From Eledone cirrhosa (lineage: Eukaryota), in NCBI GenBank assembly GCA_964016885.1, contig OZ024753.1, positions 44,082,001 through 44,146,000 of the forward strand: DNA of 64,000 nt, given 5' to 3'. Made by a program: the position numbers and the translations under genes. Of this stretch, positions 56,577-64,000 are shown piece after piece. The number at the start of each line of letters is the position of its first letter. The stretch's first letter is position 1. A model generated the notes under the pieces. That model made no database searches. It worked only from the letters and a program-made list of their open reading frames with translations, and had not been told where the DNA came from.

Positions 56577-57186
56577 AATTGTTTCTAATTTAGGCACAAG
56601 GCCAGCAACTACCCAGTGCATTACTGGTACTTTATTTTATCGACCCCGTAAGGATGAAAGGCAAAGTCAACCTCGGCAGGATTTGAACTCAGATCGTAAA
56701 GAGACGTAACTATGCTGGAAAGCATGGCGTCCGACCCTCTACCGATACTGCCAATCCACCACCCTTTAAATACTAACTTAATAATGGTTTCTGATTTAGG
56801 CACAAGGCCAATAATTTTGAGGTTTAGTGGAAAGTTGTTTAAATCAACCTTAGTGCATTACTGGTACTATATTTTATCGCCCCTGTAAGGAGGAAAGGTA
56901 AACTAACGTCAGTAGAATTTGAACTCATAACACTGTTATGCCACAAAGCATCCAACGCTCTAACAACTCTGCCAATCCATTAGCCTCATACTATCTTAAT
57001 AATTGTTTCTACGTTAGGCACAAGGCCAGTAATCACCCAGTACATTACTGGTACTTTATTTTATCGACCCCCGTAAGGATGAAAGGCAAAGTTAACCTCG
57101 GCGGGATTTGAACTCAGAATGGCAAGGGCCGTAACTCTATGCGTCAAAGCATGGCATCCGACCCTCTACCGATACTGCCAACCCAC
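56577..57186 (-). mobile_element. Three stacked S1 SINEs (56577-56765, 56783-56985, 57000-57186)
   Basis: Reverse S1 motifs; aaatactaacttaataat is duplicated around the first copy. Confidence 0.9.
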
Positions 57187-57234
57187 GAATGATAATAATG
57201 TGTATAAATATCTGATTATAACTATTAAATTTGT

Positions 57235-58143
57235 TGTCATCATCATCATCATCACTATAATCATCACCATCATCATTGTCACCATCATCATCGTCGTGAT
57301 CATCATCATCATCATCGTCGTCGTTGTCATCATCATCATCATCGCCATGATGATGATGATGATGATGATCATCATCACCACCACCGTCATCATCACTATA
57401 ATCATCACCATCATCATTGTCACCATCATCATCATCACCGTCACCACTACCATCATAATCATCATCACCATCATCATCATCATCATCATTATCATAATCA
57501 CCATCCTCATCCTCACCACTACCATCATAATCATCATTATCACCATCATCATTGTGACCACTGCCATCATCATCATCATCACCATCATAATCATCATTAT
57601 CACCATCATAATCATCATTATCACCATCATTAGCATCATTATCACCACTACCATCACCATCTTCAACATCACGACCACTACCATCACCACCACTACGATC
57701 ACCATCATCATCACCATCATCACCATCACCACCATCATCACCATCACCACCATCATCACCACTACCATCACCACCACTACCATCACCATCACCATCACCA
57801 CCACCACTACCATCACCACCACTACGATCACCATCATCATCACCATCATCACCATCACCACCATCATCACCATCATCACCACTACCATCACCACCACTAC
57901 CATCACCATCACCATCACCACCACCACTACCATCACCACCACTACCATCACCATCACCATCACCACCACCACTACCATCACCACCACTACCACTACCATC
58001 ATAATCACCATCACTACCATCACCACCACTACCATCACCATCACCATCACTACCATCACCACCACTACCATCACCACCACTACCATCACCATCACCATCA
58101 CTACCATCACTACCATCACCATCACCACCATCACCATCACCAT
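57235..58143. repeat. (CAT/CAC/TAC)n trinucleotide block, ~900 bp
   Basis: Directly visible; explains the 352-aa and 330-aa ORFs. Confidence 0.97.
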
Positions 58144-59087
58144 ATACATAGTTAACACTATTGAAATATATAGTTAAGCATGAGAGTCTAATTTGGAATC
58201 TTTTAATAATATGTCAAGTCTTATATAGTCCGTAGTCCGTAGTAAGACTTAGGACTAAGAGCCAATAAAATTTGTTTAATTAGAAAAGATGAAGTGTATT
58301 GCTGTTCAATAAAAAATGGTGGCTTGGAATCAAGCAGATTATCTATTTCTGTGTCGTTGTTCAATGTAAATAATTATAAGTTGTCAGTTTAATTGAAAAA
58401 AGATCTCTTACAACCCCAAACATACTTTCAAAGCCAAGAGTCAAAATTGAACTCTGTTTTTGGCAAGGAGAAATGAGAACAAAATGCTATTATTACATTC
58501 TCTGTTGCTAGGCAGAAATGGAAACGAGCTTTCCATAGGAATTGAAAATTGCCAAACATCACATATTATCAGTTTATATTGAGGTCACTGTAACTCTGAA
58601 ATGGAATGGTCTTTCAACCGTTTCAACGATGAGTTTTCCAGTTGTTTTAATAACGGATTAAATGTTAAAGGGATAAACCATAGTTTTTAACTCTACAAAA
58701 TACTTCAGCAATGCCGGTATAGACAACAGACATTGCTGCCATCTCTCTTGCTCACCCCACCTCTTATTTACTTGTCTAGGATGTCACACAGAGGGATTCA
58801 AACTCAGAACCCTACTGATAACGAAACAAACTAGTTAACCACACAGACATGTTGTTGTCCATGTTATAACTGTAGTGAAATAAGATTTTCTTGAGAAAGT
58901 ATCTATTGAAGAACTTCTGTTTAAAGATTTTTTTGAAAACAATGTAGCTGGCTGTTGAAACAGGCTATTATTCATGTTAGGAATGAAAAATAGATAAGAA
59001 AAGATTGGTCAAAACAAGATGAAGAAAAAAAGGAAAGAAAGAGATGCAGGTGATAAGAGAGCTGGACATATGCACACACACATAAAC

Positions 59088-59135
<48 letters not shown>

Positions 59136-60190
59136 ATACATGTGTGTAAATATATACACACACGTGTATATATAGTTATTGAAACTAGAGATAATGGGAG
59201 TGAAATTAAGTAAACAATAAGAATTAGTCTAAGTCTACAGGTATGAGTCTATATATGTGGAGAAGACAAAGAGAGAGGAGTGAGAGACATATATATAGAG
59301 ACAGAGAGACAGATATACTGGGGGGAGAGAGATACAGAGAGACAGTGGTAGAGAGAAAAGAGGGTGGAAAAGAAAGAGAGAAAGAAATAAAAGGACTTAT
59401 TATTTTGTTATATTGATTGATAAGCAGATTAGCAGACATCTAGACAAACAGATATACCGGTATAAAGATTGATATCTTGATCGATTGCTATATAATTTGA
59501 TAGATATATACTACAAAAACATCTGACATACTTCTATGGAGACATATAGATATACAAGAATGGATTATAGTTATATAATGTTGCTGTTGTGTTTACGAAC
59601 CCCCTACCCATTTATATATGCCATCCCATGAGCCCTTAACTCATGATTGAATCATAAAGGGCATTGCTGTGATATATGACATATTTTGGGTAATTTTAAA
59701 TCTAGGGAGACCATCCATTTCCTCACCAGGTCTGAACACACCTGATTTCTTCCAGAGATAAATCTTTATTTATTTAGAGTTTTGGTAACATATACAGATC
59801 TGTATAACCTGCAAACCTTATATGGGATGGCCCTGTAACCCTTGATGTAGTTGTAATGACATATGGGAAGGATTTTTATGAAAGTATCTGGTTTGTTGGG
59901 GGAGCATCTCTGTGTGGGTGTGTGTAGAAATATCTGGCTTATTGATGGTTTATATGTGTGTGTATGTCTATATGTGTGTGTATGTCTATATTTGTGTGTA
60001 TGTCTATATGTGTGTGTATGTCTATATGTGTGTGTATGTCTATATGTGTGTGTATGTCTATATGTGTGTTCAAGTGTATCTATTCTGACCTCGGATTCCT
60101 GACTCATTCATATAACCATACTCTACTACCCTAAGCATTTAGTACTCTGGTGAGTAATGGTCTAACTAGTTTCGTACTGAACCCAACCCA

Positions 60191-60295
<105 letters not shown>

Positions 60296-60323
60296 CAAAT
60301 ATATATATATATATATATAAATA

Positions 60324-60394
60324 TTCCATTTCCAAAGGTTTCACAAAGTCAGACGATTCTAACAAAGGTGCCTGAATCTGTTCATCAGATAGAA
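60324..60394 (-). ncRNA. Type I hammerhead-like motif with long stem II (family H5), one core substitution
   Basis: UUCUAU-CUGAUGA-ACAGAUUC...GAAUC..UGU-GAAA-CC uuu GG-A(should be U16.1)A-AUGGAA. Stem I is 6 bp including one G-U; embedded in (TA)n. Confidence 0.55.
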
Positions 60395-60474
60395 GTTACA
60401 TAATAAATTAGTTCTTTATTATATATATAAATATATAGCTGTATGTATGTATGTATATATATATATATATATAT

Positions 60475-60642
60475 TTAATATAGAAATGGATTCTACAGGA
60501 CTAGAACTGTCTCATTCTGATGATTTCCTCCAAATGAAACAGTTCTAGTCCTGTAGAAGCCATTTCTATATTAAATTACTTTTACTCTGCTATGTATTGA
60601 GTACCCTACTTACTGTGGTTATCCCCAATTTAACCCGGGATC

Positions 60643-60645
<3 letters not shown>
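60475..60645. mobile_element. H1 inverted pair with the junction exactly at CTGATGA
   Basis: ttaatatagaaatggattctacaggactagaactgtctcatt|ctgatgatttcctccaaatgaaacagttctagtcctgtagaagccatttctatattaa, plus a 3' extension; (TA)n flanks. Confidence 0.85.
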
Positions 60646-60690
<45 letters not shown>

Positions 60691-60696
<6 letters not shown>

Positions 60697-61034
60697 TAAT
60701 AAACAACATAAGGCAATTATTTCATTTACCAGTGGTTTCTTAAAAGCAAAAAAATGTTGCTTTCAATCATCAGAAGGAAAAAATCCTGGAGTATTTATTG
60801 ACGTTGGATTTTTAAAATCCAACGTCAATAAATATTTTTAAAATCCAACATCAATAAATACTCCAGGATTTTTTCATTCTGATGATTGAAAGCAAAATTT
60901 TTTTGCTTTTAAGAAACCACTGGTAAATGAAATAATTGCCTTATGTTGTGTATTACATAACTATTAAGCTCTGTTACCTACATAGAACACTCTTTTTTCC
61001 TGGACTTTTCCGATGGAATTACTTCATTCATATT

Positions 61035-61035
<1 letters not shown>
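60691..61035. mobile_element. ~270-bp palindrome (family H2) with a minimal CTGATGA-tt-GAAA motif in each arm
   Basis: Arms 60691-60812 and 60836-60963 are near-perfect inverses; ~25-bp central duplication; the right arm is extended to 61035; (TA)n flanks. Confidence 0.8.
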
Positions 61036-61115
<80 letters not shown>

Positions 61116-61174
61116 CCATTTAAGTTATTTTGATCAGCTAATTGTAGAACTGGTGGTTCTGGTAGGCAAATCAT

Positions 61175-61425
61175 AATGCAACGAATTACTAAAGAACTTG
61201 ACATTATGGATGTCACCCAACCTAGATGTTGGTATCCAGTGGTTGACGCAATAAATAGAGTAAAGTATTTAAAAAGACAACAGAAGGTCATACTGGAAGA
61301 TATGTTGAAGTTACTTGAAGAGATCGTCTTGTGCCATAATTGGAGGATGGAGTTGGGCCATTGAAATATGTATAGTGGTTTCACAGAATTAAAATTAAAC
61401 AATGATGATGATGATCTTCTAGTAC
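61175..61425 (+). pseudogene. Probable decayed Penelope-like RT fragment
   Basis: IMDVTQ...YPVVDAINRV...EDMLKLLEEIVLCHN...EDGVAI...DDLLV resembles RT motifs 3, 4 and 5 with deletions. Confidence 0.45.
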
Positions 61426-61448
61426 AGCCTTCTGTTGTCATTTTAAAT

Positions 61449-61642
61449 ATCATCATCATCATCGTTTAATGTCCGCGTTTCCTTGCTTGCAAGGGTGGGA
61501 CGGTTCCTATTCAGCACAGCATCTCTCCATTTGTCACAGTCCTTCGTCATTTCTTCTGTAAGCTTCAGTGATCTGAGGTCAGCTCTCACCACCTCCGCCA
61601 ATGGTTTTCGTGGTCTTCCTCTACTGCGTCTTCCTTCTACTG
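61449..61642 (-). pseudogene. 5'-truncated RTE LINE 3' end
   Basis: VEGRRSRGRPRKPLAEVVRADLRSLKLTEEMTKDCDKWRDAV, then a (GAT)n tail. Confidence 0.85.
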
Positions 61643-61647
61643 GGATT

Positions 61648-61870
61648 ATCATCATCACCGTTTTACGTCCGTTCTTCCATGCTAGCATGGGTTAGACAGG
61701 TTGTCCTGTTGTGAGCAGTGTCCAGTCGGCTGACCTGGTTTTGCTCATACGGGAACTGATTCTGGCTTGATTTCTACAGCTGGATGCCCTTCCTAACACC
61801 AACCTCATTTACAGTGAGTGCTGGGTGCTTTTTTGCCGTGGCACCTCCATGACCACTTTGCAGTGGGAAG
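61648..61870 (-). mobile_element. (GAT)n-tailed SINE (CephSINE-like, from recall)
   Basis: tttctacagctggatgcccttcctaacaccaacc central motif plus an RTE-type tail. Confidence 0.75.
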
Positions 61871-61901
61871 GGGTGGGACCGTATTGTCTATCTGCTTCAG
61901 C

Positions 61902-61948
<47 letters not shown>

Positions 61949-61975
61949 TATATATATATATATACACATTACAAA

Positions 61976-62009
<34 letters not shown>

Positions 62010-64000
62010 AATGTGCTAAATCATTACAGGTTGTTTACAATTGAAGGTGGGGGATATAACAATTCAAAATGGTGAAAATACTCAGCATGTTGTTACAAGA
62101 GTAACTGAAATTTATTTATTTATTTGAGAAATTGCTAGCAAAACAACAGCTTTATTAACTGCATTTTTATATTTTTCAATAATACAAGAAGCCACATGAA
62201 CACTTCTTCAAATATACAAGCAAGATTCAGTTTGAATTATTGTCTCTTTCGGATTTTTTTAATTTTTTTAATTTTTTCTCTTCTTTCTCTCGTTTCTTTT
62301 TTTCGTTAATCTTCATTTTTTTTTTTTGTTTTTTAGAAATAGCTTTTATGCAATTAAATTTCATGGTGGCCAAATAATGTTTTTATCCTGTTTACATTAT
62401 TAAATTTGCTGTTATGCAGATATAATATCAGCTAACTCTCATGCTTCACATCAAGCACACACAAATCAAGTGGACCAATTAAATTCTACATTCTTCGGCT
62501 TATGAAATAGAATTTGATTTTTTTTTCCTGAAACCATCATATCAATGGACTTTCTATAATTATTATTTTGGTGTATTGAAATTATAAATATAATGAAATA
62601 GTTGAAAAAATATACACACACACACACACATATATATATATACATATACATACATACATATATATATATATAAATATATATATATATATTTCGTTTCTGA
62701 ATTTGCAACATGACCCTCCCAAAGCATAACAATATATATATATATATATTTCTTTTTTTCAATTGCTAAACTATTATGAATATAATTGGACTAAGAAAGA
62801 AATATTATACCTGGCTCAATAAGAATTGACTAAGAAAAATGTTTCATTGTACTTATAACAAATCGATATTTCTCCAGTTTGTTTGGAGCAATTGTATTAG
62901 TATTAACATTTGTGATATTTTAGTAGTCACTCAAGGAAATCTATTCCATAGACAGCAAACTAGACATTGACAATTGCCTACAACTTTTACATCAGTACTG
63001 ACATTGATAGACTATCAAAAATGAAAACAAGATGGAAGAGGTGCTCAGAGGTGATTTTGAACAGTTTTTATGTGCTGCTAGTGTCATTCTTGAAGCAACC
63101 GATAAGATGAAAATAATATTATGTAAGTTGTAAAGGAACTATCAAAAATATTGCGAATATGATGGCATCTTGTGTAACCCACAGTCTATATCTCTCAGGT
63201 GAGTTCCAGAAAAGAACGAAGAATGAATGATATATTCTGCATGTCAATAAAACATTATATATCTATATATGATTATCCTTTAAATATATCTCCATACTTG
63301 TTTATTCTTTAAGTTAGATAATGACAGGAACATAAACTGAGGAAGAGTGAGATACAGAGAGAATGAAAGAGAGAGAGAGAGTGAGTGAGAGGGAGAGAGA
63401 GTGAGTGAGAGAGAGGACCAGATCAACTTGGATGCATGACTGTTATTATTGATGTAAAGTTCCATATAACTAGTGTACAGGTGTCTAAATACATGTTATA
63501 TCAGGAAATAAAACAACTGCACAGAAGAAAAAAATGTTTTTTATTTGCTATAGGCACATGATTTGCAGTATGAGGGTGATATATGGCGAAATTTAGTGCT
63601 GTTTTTACCATTCTGCAGCTTATGATTAAAACTAGTGCTCGAATTTATGGCCCATAAGGTAGAGGCCAAAATTATCTTAATATTTTCTGGGGGGAAATTT
63701 TACCTGCATGCTATGAAAATTAGCTAGAACAATTTTTCATAAATATGACATACCCACCTGAGAATAGTAGTAGCTATTGCATATCTCATAAATTTATGAA
63801 CTACAGGCTTCTGTTCACTGTCAATAGCAGTGGTCTAAATATGTCAACAAAGAAGTCACTTTCCTATACCATTTCCATGTATGTTTACAGAATCAGGGCT
63901 CGTGCTTCGGTATTTATTGACCTAGCCTCGACCATAAACTTATACACCATTTAATATAATAATTTCAACTTGCAGTATAGTAAGCTGACAACCTAAGCCT

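Noticed and set aside
57119-58177. 352-aa and 330-aa ORFs
   Set aside because: Translation of a (CAT/CAC)n block starting inside an antisense SINE; no domain content.
63020-63202. Possible exon or hAT transposase fragment ending in caggtgagt
   Set aside because: In-frame stop and no recognisable motif; too weak to call.

Overview
AT-rich eukaryotic DNA packed with microsatellites and transposon remnants. It is most likely an octopus/cephalopod intron or intergenic region; this is inferred from the SINE types, the RTE remnants and the (TA)n/(CA)n/(ATT)n/(GAT)n load. I could not support any intact host gene, and almost all listed ORFs are simple-repeat artefacts. Recognisable content: (1) about 20 copies or fragments of a ~190-bp tRNA-derived SINE, often stacked in (ATT)n; (2) CORE-type SINE pieces and a (GAT)n-tailed SINE whose tail matches an RTE LINE; (3) decayed RTE-clade LINE fragments; (4) TTAA-flanked (piggyBac-like) and TA-flanked (Tc1/mariner) MITEs; (5) two decayed Penelope-like RT fragments; (6) several minisatellites, five of them traceable to amplified pieces of transposons. 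The most notable signal is a set of short elements embedded in (TA)n tracts that carry type I hammerhead ribozyme motifs (CUGAUGA...GAAA...UH), with compensatory stem changes between copies. They are often arranged as long palindromes and are repeatedly truncated at the ribozyme core, consistent with non-autonomous Penelope-like or retrozyme-like retroelements. All coordinates and structures were read by eye and are approximate to a few bp.
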